Source of the DNA: Macrostomum lignano
Taxonomy: Eukaryota
Direction: 5' to 3'
Assembly: GCA_002269645.1 (NCBI GenBank)
Contig: NIVC01003056.1
Span: forward strand, 11,334 to 75,333
Length of the DNA stretch: 64,000 nucleotides
The position numbers were made by a program, and so were the translations under genes. The number at the start of each line of letters is the position of its first letter. Position 1 is the first letter of the stretch. The notes below the pieces were generated by a model that was not told the DNA's origin, ran no database searches, and saw only the letters and a list, made by a program, of their open reading frames with translations. This document shows positions 1 through 12,230 of the stretch, one piece after another.

Positions 1-682
1 TCATATACATTCGCTCCGCACTTCGGTTAACCGATAATTGCCTGATTGCTGACCAGAGTGACCAGGAAAGTCAAAGGAAAGACGAGGGAAGGGACGCGAG
101 GCCACATTAAGCTAAAGATAAGTAGATAAGTAGCAAAGATAAGTAGCAAATTGTATAATTTGCTTTTCAGAACTTGCTTACGCATGGACAACTTATCCCT
201 GCTTAAACGTTTGTTGCTACATGTACATGCAAATTGGCAAGTCCAGTATTTAATCTTTCTTCATTGTTCGATCGATATTAGCACCTTTGATGGTTCCATG
301 TTGCAGAACAGTAAAGCTTGTTAAGTGAACCAATTATGCTTACTGGAATTTCAATATCTACATTGCATTTACTAACAATGCTAATTCTAATGGCAAGCAC
401 CAATGATTTGGTTGCGCGTTTGCTACCATTCTCAAGCAAAATCATTGCTAGCAAAGAAGCATCGCTCGTACGGTGATATAATGTTTGTTTTTGCCACGCC
501 ATTCAAAGTAGAACAACTGATTGCGTATGAAATATGAATGCGCATGCAGACTTTAAGGACTCGGTATCCGAGGCGCTAATACGAGTATATAACTTCTAGC
601 AAACTCGAGCGCTAGTTCTTCGAATTCTAGACGCATATTCACAGCGCTGCTGGATGAGGAGGTTGTAGCTGATGATGGCGGG

Positions 683-1423
683 ATGATTCACGATCTCTAT
701 GAATCAGTTAGTGACCCAGAACCCAGGCCAATAGTTCAGGGAGGTCGAGAGTTAGAGACTTTTGAAGTCATGCAAGACGGAGGCAGCCGACGGAACGTTC
801 TTGTAATATCGTCGAATGGGTACTCCTATGGGCTTCATCGTCAGCGTGGTGCTCGTGAACACTATCGTTGCACTCAACGCAGTCATCATACCCCTTGTTG
901 CGCACTCTAATTCGCAGTGCCGGTGAAGAGTTTAAGCATGGGAAAAGCGGGCACAGCCATGCACGTCGTCTCGTCTCGTCTTTGGTGCTTCTGCTACTCG
1001 GAAGATTTATCGAGACGTAAAATTTGCTGCCTCAACGGATGTTTTTAAATCTGCGGCACAGCTTACAGATGATGATAGACTATACTGCGCGAACTCACTT
1101 CCTCCACGGCAGCGAACTTGCCGAATCCAACAAATCTAATTAGAGCTGCAAACCGGTTTTGCGAAAGAGGACGGCCAGAGGAGCCTATAGGGATTTAAAC
1201 TTCCAACTGCAGTTGGAAAGCCTTGCCCAATGGATTTCTCAGAAGTGATGTCCAGGTTGGAGGAAGACGGCACTTAGTATTTGCTACTAATAATCAATTG
1301 ACACTACTGATCAGTAGTGCCCACGAGTTGTTCATGGACGGTACGTTTTCAATTGTCCGACGGCCATTTGTGCAACTTTACTCGATTCATGGCTTTCTAC
1401 GTGATCAAGGACATCTGAAACAG
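683..1423 (+). pseudogene. Degenerate Mutator-like (MULE, Phantom-type) transposase with N-terminal FLYWCH zinc finger
   Basis: FLYWCH-like GYSY...HYRC...C (683-910), continuing after a frameshift into GHSH. Further frameshifted pieces read LPNPTNLIRAANR and NGFL..D....RHLVFAT..QL.LL....LFMDGTF...PFVQLYSIHGF (first catalytic Asp of the MULE DDE domain). Ends at a CAG|GTAAAG donor at 1423; the rest of the DDE domain is absent. Confidence 0.85.
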
Positions 1424-1626
1424 GTAAAGTATGCAATAGGTCAATACGATCTTACTCAGCTCTAATACTTTCATAAAAAAATGAAATAATTTAATTTCAG
1501 TATAGGGATATAACAAAGTCAGTGATGAAATCACCGCAAATCAATAAAATATGACGAGTTTTAAGTATTAACTGTTGTTCATGAGTATATTCTCTTTCAC
1601 ACTAATAAACTTTCATTTTTAAAACG

Positions 1627-1723
1627 TGTCACCGAATTGTCCAAATTTGTCACCGAAACGTCCTGAAGTGTCACCGAAAAGGTTGTCACCGAAACGTCTT
1701 GTCACCGAAATGTCCAGGGACCC
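1627..1723 (+). mobile_element. Right terminus of the MULE relic: subterminal TGTCACCGAA repeats ending in GGGACCC
   Basis: Five TGTCACCGAA(A) copies within ~100 bp immediately downstream of the truncated transposase. Complex repeat-containing TIRs are typical of Phantom-like MULEs. The left end is presumably outside the window. Confidence 0.6.
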
Positions 1724-2253
1724 TTATAGACATGGTGGGTGGCCGTGTCTCTAATATTGGAGCTTATAGACACAGCTGCCATTGCCATGTATATAATCAT
1801 CAATGGGATAAAAAGATCAATTGATTGAAAAGTCAGTTTTTTATTTTTAATTTTTAAAAAATTAGATTAAATTAATTCTTAATGAGTAACACAAAATCAT
1901 TTTAAAGTGCAGCCACAATTATATATGTAGCTACTGAAAAGAAATTTTTTGATACATATCAGCCCTACTGTGTTACTCTTATAAAAAAATAAATTTAATT
2001 TAATTTAACTTTTTTAAAACTTAAAAAGTTCAAGTTGAAAAATTTTCTGTTTGCTCAAAAAATTCAAATTAAAAAAAAACTATGACCACTTGGGATTCAA
2101 ACCTAGCTACTTACAATCACAAGGCAATCAATATACCCACAAAGCCACCACTTGCTTAAAAGAAAGGCCCTACAGAACATGCATTTTATATTGATGATTA
2201 TAGCTGTGCCTATAAGCTCAAATAATTATAGTCACGGCCGCTGTGCCTATAAG
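1723..2253. mobile_element. Unclassified non-autonomous foldback/MITE-like element
   Basis: Imperfect inverted arms: 1723-1804 (cttatagacat..ggccgtgtctctaatattggagcttatagacacagct..ataatcatcaat) versus the reverse complement of 2190-2253. Confidence 0.55.
2071..2151 (-). promoter_or_regulatory. tRNA-derived Pol III-like A-box/B-box cassette followed by T9 (not a functional tRNA)
   Basis: Minus strand reads TGGCTTTGTGG ... GGTTTGAATCCC with tRNA-like ~45-nt A-to-B spacing, then TTTTTTTTT. No clean cloverleaf. Confidence 0.45.
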
Positions 2254-3670
2254 TACTCCATACTTAAAATGGACTAACTCTTACAACAAAAATTATCAAA
2301 GGAATTCTTTATTTTAAAATCTAAGCACAGTTCCTTGAATATATCTAAAACATAAAAGAATAAAACATGAAAACTTACCCTCTCGTAACAATGCTCGAAA
2401 TGAAAAATGCTGTTGAATATAATATAATATTCCAACGAAGAACCTTAAAAATCGAGTCATCCTAATGGATCAAAATAGCTAACTGTGATTTACTGTCTGT
2501 TAGGTCATTAACATAAAGTGGCAAAAGCTTAGGCCTAACTTAAGGAGTATCTAGCTAATTAGCTCAAGCTTAGTGCTAATATGATCTGAGTAACTGAGTG
2601 ATCATGATTAGCTAGGATAAGCGATATCGCCGATGGGGCCTACCAGTATACCACTACCACCACGAAAAGTTTTCGAGATACCGAGCAATACAAGTACAAC
2701 TGATCAAATGCACAAATACAGACACTGCTGAATTGGAACGATTATATAAGGATGTAAAAATTTAGCTCACGAAGGCTTTCATTCGCCACAGAATTTAAAG
2801 GCAAATAGTCCGCCGCTCCACAGCGATTTCTGATAATTAATTACGTTCTTGGAAAAGAACACTCTCAAAATAGACCACTTTTTTCACAATAAAACAAAGC
2901 ACAGAATAAACATCAATATTTCCTGATCTCTAAAATGTACGAAACAAAGATACAATATTACATAAAAGTATTGCAAATAAAACCGATAAAAATTTATATT
3001 TATTTTTAAAGATACAATTATTACAGCTTAATAGATTCATATTCTTTTCAGTTTCATTGATTGATTTCATTTTCAATTTATTTTGTACTTAATTTCAATG
3101 GTCTACTTAATGCAATATCACGTCAATTCTCTCAATTTCGCTATGTGAAAATTGCGCCTAAGCTTCATACATGTACATGTACATGTATTCAAACCCAAAA
3201 TAAGCTGAGATCGCGTTTTTTATGAGATAGCATTTTCAGATTGCGTTGCCAGATAGTCTTTCATATATTCGAATACCCCTAGCTCATGATCATGCAATCA
3301 CGTCGAAGCTGGAGCTGCAATGGGTGGGAGATGAGCAGGGGCGACGAACCGGTGGGGACGGGGGACATGCCAATGCTATGTCCCCCGCACCTCGCCTTGT
3401 TGACGGCCGTTATGGAAATCAATAATTTTGCTTCAGGGCGACAGAACAGCGCCTGCAGCAACTAAAATGAGTGTCTGTGGTGCTAAAATGGTGCCTGCGG
3501 CACCAAAATGATCGATGACAACACCGACGCAATTCGGAAATCAATAAATTAAACATGTATATATAGTAGGAATTTGTAGTCATGAACATGTAACCAGTAG
3601 AATTTTCGGCTTTGCCCCCCCCACCACCATAAATCCATGGCGACGCACCGCTGGGCATAAGAATTCCCCG

Positions 3671-4483
3671 CAGACGAATTGCCCATCGAGGTTTACCCAG
3701 ACAGGAGATTTGCCCGCCGAGCTTTTCCCGCAAGAGATTTGCCGGCCGCCGAGCCTTTGCCGCAAGAGATTTGCCCGCCGAGCTTTTCCCGCAGGAGATT
3801 TGCCCGCCGAGCTTTTCCCGCAGGGGGATTTGCCCGCCGGCGCGAGATCAATTTGCCCGCCGAACTTTTCCCAGAGGGGATTTACCCGCCGAGATTTGCC
3901 CGCCAAGATTTGCCCGCCGAGATCGATTTGCACGCCAAGATTTGCCCGCCGAGATCGATTTGCTCGCCAAGATTTGCCCGCCGAGATCGATTTGCTCGCC
4001 AAGATTTGCCCGCCGAGATTTTCCCGTCGAGATTTGCCCGCGAGTGAATTGGCCGCCGAGGTTTGCCCGCAATGCTTTTTTCCTGCAGCGCATTATTGCC
4101 ACGCGCGGCCGATTCCGATTCTGTCTACATTGCCCCCCCCCCCCCCCGCCCAATATGCTATAGTAAGTCTAATAAAAGAGATTAAGGAGACAAAGCAACA
4201 TGTCAAACATGCAACATGCTAATTCAGTTGCATGAATTAGTAGCTCACTGATGAGCCCCTGCATGTATAATTGATATAAATGAAAACCTACGAGAAAAAA
4301 TATGCATTTGTTATGCAGTTACTATCGAATGTTTTGATCGGGGTACATGTAAATATATTTTTAAGACAATTACTATACGCATCGGGGGGCATGCAGACAG
4401 AATCTGCCGTGTGATAAGAAAAAAGCATAGCATTTGCGGGTAAACCTTGACCGGCAGGAAAAGCTCGGCGGGCAAATCGTCTG
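3671..4483. mobile_element. Non-autonomous foldback element with a subterminal repeat array (MULE-like)
   Basis: CAGACGAATTGCCC at 3671 versus the inverted GGGCAAATCGTCTG at 4470-4483 (13/14). Array of ~29-32-bp GATTTGCCCGCCGAG units at 3706-4070, with one inverted unit at 4455-4480. Confidence 0.6.
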
Positions 4484-4653
4484 TATGTAGTACAGTACAA
4501 CATGTACAGTAAGGTCAAGAACGATTTACATAATGCATATGCTCGACGTTAATAAGGATCCGGATCTACACCTTTCTCAAATTGAATTTTTTCTCAAAGC
4601 AAAAACCTGCCAAGAGTTCATCATGGGTTTCAGCCAGCAATTATGGCAGATAC

Positions 4654-7216
4654 CCCTAGATGAAGTTCTGTTTACTCATTCTTGGCAGATCTGTTCTTAC
4701 TTAAATTTCTTAACAGATCTGTGAATTTTGGTTAACACATTCTTAACAGATCTGTTCTTACTTAAATCTCTTAGCAGATCTGTATCTGCTTTTGTCTTAC
4801 AAGATCTTACAAATCTTTGCAAGCCATTTTTTATTGTTTGGTACGTAAAAAACATTCGTGATTTTTTAGAAAATACTTATGAGGTAAAGAGAAAACAAAA
4901 TTTCTAACTGTATATCAGAAAAAAGACTTTCGTATATTTTCACATTTATCTGCTGGATCTTGTCAGATCAGTTCTTGCAGATCTGTACAGATCAGTTTTG
5001 AAAAGTGTCTGAATTGTTTTTTTCCACAAAATATTTAACATAATAGTAAGTACGTTTTTTTAATGATTTGTATTTATTTTAGTTGTTCTTCTGGCAGCCA
5101 ACAGTAAATGAATTTGTTTAAATATTCTTTCCGCAGTTCTGAACATAGTGGACCCTTATAGTTTGAATTCTCGCTCTTGCAATATCCATTCATCTCAGTT
5201 CTTTCTTTTGACTTAGCTGAATACGTAATTTTTAATTCCTTAAATTGTTTCATAGTGTAGTATCACTATTTTTTACTTTTTTAGCCATAATAACTTTTTT
5301 GATTAAGTATAGCTATGGCTTTAAATGAAGGGCAGATTGCGTCATCAATTAAAAAAATTGACATAATTGACAGACTGACTATGAAGTGTATGATATGCTA
5401 TATATATATCTATATCATATATATATCTAGGCTTGTTTCCTACTCCCAGGCCTATAAGTATGAGTAGGCCTAGGCCTATGACTTTGTTCTATGCTTTAAT
5501 AGAAACAGAATGCATGTCTAGACCTAGTGATGTTGTCCATTAATAATTCATTAATCCATTAATAATTCAGAAATTCAGTTACATACATAGATCAGTATTT
5601 TTGTAGTCTTTTACATTTCATTATATTATATTTATATATACATACCTAGTTCTAGCCCCTAGGCTAGGGCTAGGCTAGTTCTAGTGACCTAGCTAGTAAG
5701 TAAATCTTAATTAAATAGGTCTATTCTGTTTTTGTTTGTTTTATATATGCTTATCTAGATTTATAAATAGGTAGACTGATAGGTAGATAGATTTTATATC
5801 TGTAAAACTTGGTTTTAATCCCTCCTTGATTTTAAACACTTAGGTTAAGAGTGTAATGTCTATTTTTAGTAAATTGTGTTATAACTAGGCTTATCATTTT
5901 AATTTTAATTTAATAGGCCCTACTCTACTAAAAATTGTAATTGCTATATAGGGTATAGTTTTTCTGAATTAGAATTAAACCTGGATGTTTAAATATAGGC
6001 TTGTGGTTGTTAGAAAGTTATCTTAAGCCTTGACCTACTATTTGAAGAATATAGATAGGCATAGCAAAATCTAAAATTATTTATACTAGATAGGCCTAGA
6101 TAAATAATATGAAAAATATAGAATAGAAGAAAAACAGGTCTAAATTTAATTAGACCAAAGAACTTTTACAAAAGTTATTACTCTGACTATTTAAAAACAT
6201 AACAATGATATTTGTTTTATGTTTTAGTTATTTTGAATTGAATATTAATGTTTAAAATCCCAGAACTTTACTACAATTTTCCCTTTCATTGCAGCTACTC
6301 TACATGGTCAATATGGCATCGCTACTTATGGGTTCCAAGCTTGTCTTTATACCAAATGGCAAAGTGGCAAGCATCCTATGATTGCTAAAAGAAAAAATGA
6401 AGCCAGCCTAAAGTAAAAATGCAACATGATAAAGAGCCCTAAAGTATTACTAAGAGCTCTTATAGACCTACTCTTATTGATAACAAAGTAAGCTTTCTAG
6501 CAATATTGACTTTAAAATCTTTCAGTACTGGACTCTTTCAGTTTCAATTATTTGCAAACCAATTTAATTGTACATTGTAGTAAAAGATGCACCTGGTTTT
6601 TTTCAAATGTTTCTGCTTCTATTTTTTAGTTTCTAAAAGTATTGCTCACCCTAATTTTATTAGTCCATTGTACCATTAGTATTTTTTCTATTGAATGTGT
6701 GCTTAACTTTTGTTTTGAAGTTGATTTATTTTTTGCTTGTGCTATTTCCCTTGTGCATACAAGTTTTATTTCATGAGCATAAATGTGTATTTGTTTACAT
6801 TTTCACAAATAAATATGTCTACTTTGTTTTAATTGTTCAATGACATTTGCTTTTGTTCTGGCAGCTTACTAGCACAATACTAAAATTGCAGAATCAAATA
6901 AGAAAGTCCTGTCATAACTCGTGTTCTTTATTGGAATTAAATTAGTGCATTGGGGTTTTATAAATGGATTACTAAACAGATCTTGGAAGATTTGATAAGA
7001 CGGACAATGCATTCAATTGGTAAAGCTTAATACATCTTACAAGATCTGCCCAGATCTCCTAAGATCTGCTCGTGCAGACCGTGCAAGATCTTCCTGCAGA
7101 TCTTGTAAGTTCTGCCTATATATTTTAATAGTGCAGATCTGTTACGTTCTTGCAAGAACGTAGCGAGAAGCTCCAGACAGATCTGCTAAGAAATGGCATG
7201 ACGATTTCATCTAGGG
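4654..7216. mobile_element. Non-autonomous EnSpm/CACTA (CMC)-like DNA transposon, animal CCC-terminus type
   Basis: Perfect 11-bp TIR CCCTAGATGAA / TTCATCTAGGG, with a 2-bp AC target duplication on both sides (4652-53, 7217-18). Dense AGATCT-core subterminal repeats at ~4685-5000 and ~6975-7185. No transposase ORF inside. Confidence 0.75.
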
Positions 7217-7309
7217 ACAGTACAATACAATGTCAATCCTTTGTATTGACTTTCGCCGAAGTAGTTTGAAACCTATAGGTATGGAATTATGGATAATGGT
7301 GTAAAGCTT

Positions 7310-7948
7310 GACGGTCGTTTCGTCTGCTGCCAGTTCGTCTGTCATTCTTTCGTCTGAAAAAATACGATGCAGTCGTCATTCGTCTGCCACAAAATATTAA
7401 GACTAAGTATGATGTCAGTACATATAATATTGAAAACAAATATCGGTATATCTTAAAAACTACTAATACTTTAATAAAAATAACAAACTAATTACGCTAG
7501 AAGCACGAGCGTACGATCTAAAAAATATTATCCCAAGGGACCCGTGTAGTATGCACACGTAATACTAACTTTTTGTTTGTTAAATGAATTTTGGAGGCTG
7601 AATAATTGTTCATAATAATGCATCATTATTGGATGGGGTCATAAAAATGCTCATAACAGCCGGCCGATCATATTTAACAGCGAACTCCGTCTCTGCCTTT
7701 AATATTCGTAACTGCAGCTTCCATCCTATAAGTTCGTTTTTTCAACGGATTTTTAAAATTGATACCACGTTTCTTTAAAATATTGCGATAAACAAAATTA
7801 CACTTAAAAAACTGACAACCCACTTTAACTCTATTTGAATGCCTCGCAATATTTGATTATGAAAAATTAGTTTTGCTAGCTATCTAGCTATACCTTATCT
7901 TTTTTTCTCAAAACTCGTTTCGTCTGCCGGCAGACGAATTGACCGCTC
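7310..7948. mobile_element. Non-autonomous TIR element sharing the CAGACGAA(T/A)TG core with the 3671 element
   Basis: CGGTCGTTTCGTCTGC (7312) versus the inverted GCAGACGAATTGACCG (7930-7945), 14/16 match. Multiple TTCGTCTG subterminal repeats at the left end. No clear TSD. Confidence 0.5.
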
Positions 7949-10433
7949 ACCGTAAATTTCCACTTCATGTTGTCACTAGTCCTTTAACTGATGGGCTAAA
8001 TATTAATATTTTTAAATCCAAACTAAATATATCTGTCTAACTATATAGTAGGGCTTATGGGGGCCTATTATAATAAGGCCCCTTATTTAGTAAAATTATG
8101 GCAAAGGCTAGAGTTCTGGCACCGGAACCCATTTTCATCTCAGAAATAATTTAACGAACGATCTATATGCAAAAATGGTAAATATATAAAGCTGCACCAA
8201 GTCTCCAAGATGGTCATCTACCAAGAAAGCCATGTACAACATATAATCTCCATTATATATATTCTTTCTAAATTCTATCATGACATTGATTTGCAACTTT
8301 ATAGACTATAGTACCTAATAATAATATATTAATTAAATGTATAGGCCTAGTTTATTAAATATATAATAAATTAATAATATATTTGAAATATTATCTAGGC
8401 CTAGGCCTGACTTCTATGTTTTTCAATTTTGTGCCAAATTTTTGTGCATTTTTTGCCCAACAATATATCAGATTGGTATGTGTGTTATATTGCTTTGTAG
8501 AAAATTTAAAACTGAATTCAAAAAATGTTTTGTTTTGAATGTAATTCAATTGTAAGTTAAAAATTGTGGTCTCTAAAACAATTCTTTTGCAGACATCCCA
8601 AATCAAGAAAAATTCCAAAATGTGTGTTTCTTTAATAATTTCTATCAGTAGGCCTAATGCTAATTTTTTTGAGTATCTATCAGTATATTGTCAAAACTTT
8701 ATCTCATTTTGTAGATGAAAATGTTTTCTTTCAAATGATATGTCACTTTTATAGATGGCCTATAGGCTAGGCCCATGAGATAATAAAAATGAAAGTGACT
8801 AGCATGTTTGGTTTTGAAGATCCCTTGTTTGATTGATAAGATCTTACCCTATTCTAATAATGATAATTAGGCCTACCTAAAATTATGTTAAATTTAAAGC
8901 CAATAATATAGTTCTATTAGTTTATTAAAAAGTCATCATTAATCCTAAGGTGGAGCAAAGAAAGAAGATAAAAAAATTTCTAGTTTGAAGTGGGTAGGTT
9001 TGGGTTTCTTTGAAACCAGTTGGCATTGCATTCATACGAATAAAGCGGGAAGATCGCGCAGACACATCACAACAAAATTTTCCTGTTTTACTCCAACTGC
9101 TAGGGTCCTCAAATTCTGGGGGAAGGATAGTTTCAGTTGTAGGCGAGCAGTTTTAGTTAGAAATTGTCAGTGGTAGGCACCCACCTACCATAATCCTATA
9201 TAAGAAACCTAGATGCATATGCAACAAGGTATATTAGGCTAGGCCCTATTTGCTTAATTAATAGATAAATGCTAATAATAAAAGCTATCACCTTAACTTA
9301 TGCAAATATTTTTTGGTTAATCTAATTCTAATATAGTATATCAGCAATCTTCTAGGTCTTATTTCATATATTTAATTCTTTTTTGAAAATTTAAAAAAAA
9401 GTTTTATCAATAGAACAATTGAGAGTTTATTAATAAATTACTAAATAGATAGTTTTAAACACTATACTAATGCGCCACCTAGAAAAGGATATTGCTTAAG
9501 ATGTTGCGCAGCTGGCAATAGCACTATAGAAACTTGTTTAGGTAGTGTCAAAATAGGGCCTTTGATATACTAGAGTTGCCAAAGTTGCATAGGTCTACCA
9601 AAGGTCATATATATGTCTCTATGGTAAAAATTATATGAGTAGATGGCATGGATGCTATAGGGCATCTAGCCATGATTGCAACAGAAGAATTGGTATTCAG
9701 GATTGACAAGAAAGCAATGCTTCAAGAAATCTCTCAATCCCTATCCTTTCCATCTAGTTTTAGTTTTTTTTTTAAATAGAGCAATTGCAATTTTAACCAT
9801 ATATAGCCAATAGCCATCTCAAACTAATAGACATATACATAAAATCAATATACTGCCACATCTTCAACTCATGCAATTTTAAATATTTACCTGTATTAAC
9901 TAAGAAAGTTAGACATTTAGAGCTGTGGCCATCTGGTCTTAGTACTAATTATAAAATGGTATTTCAAATTATAACCAATTAAATACTGTATAATATATAT
10001 CACAGGTCTTTTTAGTCTCCTAGTATTACATTGTTTAGTAATCTGAAGGTAAGTTTTAGTCTACACTTTGGAAAGTTACATGGTATGCTAGAAATTTCTA
10101 GTATACCAGTACTAATGGATAGTTTAGCTATTTTGGTTTATCACTTTGGTGTTACCACTTGAGGCTCAAGTAAATTTTTGGCATACCAATTTATATTTAC
10201 CAAAACTTTGACAAACACAAAATTAAACATTTCAATAATTTTCCTTTTTAAAAAGCATGTATGCTACAAGAGTTTCAAAAAACTAATCTTAGTTTATAAT
10301 TCAAATGGTACTTTTATAAATGTAAAGTTAACAAAATAGTTAAATAATTGAAAAGTTGTTGGTAATAATATTTTTGCATTTGCTAAGTTGTTGTAGAAAG
10401 TTTTGTTTAAAAACATTTCTTTAGACTATTTGA

Positions 10434-11252
10434 AATTCCCCACAAGCCCTTGCATTGCTTTGGAGCAATTCCCCACAAGCCCTTGCATTGCTTTGGAGCA
10501 ATTCCCCACAAGCCCTTGCATTGCATTGGAGCAATTCCCCACAAGCCCTTGTAGCATTGGAGCAATTCCCCACAAGCCCTTGTAGCATTGGAGCAATTCC
10601 CCACAAGCCCTTGCATTGCATTGGAGCAATTCCCCACAAGCCCTTGCATTGCATTGGAGCAATTCCCCACAAGCCCTTGTAGCATTGGAGCAATTCCCCA
10701 CAAGCCCTTGTAGCATTGGAGCAATTCCCCACAAGCCCTTGCATTGCATTGGAGCAATTCCCCACAAGCCCTTGTAGCATTGGAGCAATTCCCCACAAGC
10801 CCTTGTAGCATTGGAGCAATTCCCCACAAGCCCTTGTAGCATTGGAGCAATTCCCCTCAAGCCCTTGTAGCATTGGAGCAATTCCCCACAAGCCCTTGTA
10901 GCATTGGAGCAATTCCCCACAAGCCCTTGTAGCATTGGAGCAATTCCCCACAAGCCCTTGTAGCATTGGAGCAATTCCCCACAAGCCCTTGTAGCATTGG
11001 AGCAATTCCCCACAAGCCCTTGTAGCATTGGAGCAATTCCCCACAAGCCCTTGTAGCATTGGAGCAATTCCCCAGAAGCCCTTGTAGCATTGGAGCAATT
11101 CCCCACAAGCCCTTGTAGCATTGTAGCAATTCCCCACAAGCCCTTGTAGCATTGGAGCAATTCCCTAGAAGCCCTTGGAGCAATTCCCCACAAGCCCTTG
11201 CATTGCATTGGAGCAATTCCCCACAAGCCCTTGTAGCATTGGAGCAATTCCC
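10434..11252. repeat. Minisatellite, 31/33-bp units GCAATTCCCCACAAGCCCTTG(TA/CATT)GCATTGGA
   Basis: About 26 directly visible tandem units. Source of the ORFs at 10403-11247. Confidence 0.97.
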
Positions 11253-11429
11253 ATGTCTTATAGTTTAGTGTGTGTTACAAATACTTTGTTTTAATCATTT
11301 CTGTGATTAGAAAACTGCACATCTGTCTAGAGAGCAACTCAATAACTATAACGTGTCTACTTGAGCACTTGGAGTTTAAAAACCAAATATTTGTTATTTC
11401 TTTTTTCAAGAAACCAACAGCAGAACAGA

Positions 11430-11791
11430 ATGAGCAGTCGCAGTTTAGATAAGCGGCACACCACCAGTCAGACAACTAGCGAAAGATTCCGTCGCTTAAG
11501 TAATCAGCCTAGTCAGCCTCTTACTATTGATGAAGATGTATCAATTGTTATTGAACGTAAAGTGCGCGGACCGCCAAGCACTGAGCCGCTGGTCCGCCGC
11601 TTCGATCCCGACGTCGATGCCATCCGTCTGCCTCGGCGTACTGACGAAGGCAGCGCGCCAGTGTTTCAACGACCTGAGGTGTTGAAATTTCATCACGACC
11701 GACTCACGCCTGAGCCCAGATCGCCGCCTAGAACTTATAGCAGCGTCCGGCACTCGCAGCGGCAGCATAGCAACGGGGGTAGCGGCGATAG
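11430..11791 (+). CDS. Exon 1 (coding part) of an RS/RG-rich BCLAF1/THRAP3-like, Btz-motif-containing putative RNA-processing protein
   Basis: ATG at 11430, after a possible acceptor ttttttcaag|11411. Protein-like, non-repetitive frame (RRFDPDVDAIRLPRRTDEGSAPVFQRPEV). Donor AG|GTTAGT at 11791/11792 is phase 2, matching the next exon. Further upstream exons cannot be excluded. Confidence 0.75.
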
Positions 11792-11884
11792 GTTAGTACA
11801 TAATACACTTGAGATTTCTTAGTCGGCTGATTTACAATGCTGTTAGCTGCTGATCGAAGATAAGGGTAGATTAATGATCAGCGA

Positions 11885-12146
11885 TTGGGTTTGGATTAGG
11901 GATTTGGTAGGTTGGGAATTTAGGGATTAGGTAGGTTTGGGATTAGGGATTGGGTAGGTTGGGATCAGAGATTGGGTAGGTTTGGGATCAGGGATTGGGT
12001 AGGTTGGGGATCAGGGATTGGGTAGGTTTGGGATCAGGGATTGGTTAGGTTGGGGATCAGGGATTGGGTAGGTTGGGGATCAGGGATTGGGTAGGTTGGG
12101 GATCAGGGATTGGGTAGGTTGGGGATCAGGGATTGGGTAGGTTGGG
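11885..12146 (+). repeat. Intronic G-rich tandem repeat (~22-23 bp, GGGATTGGGTAGGTTGGGGATCA)
   Basis: About 11 units visible inside the 11792-12230 intron. Confidence 0.92.
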
Positions 12147-12230
12147 TATTAGTATCGGGTATGTTATATTACTATTGAGTAGTATGCTGTGGATATTTCA
12201 CAATTTCGTAATACATTTCTCACCTGACAG

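Noticed and set aside
9640-9800. Short protein-like frame DGMDAIGHLAMIATEELVFRIDKK
   Set aside because: No recognisable family and no convincing splice sites, and it is too short to call.
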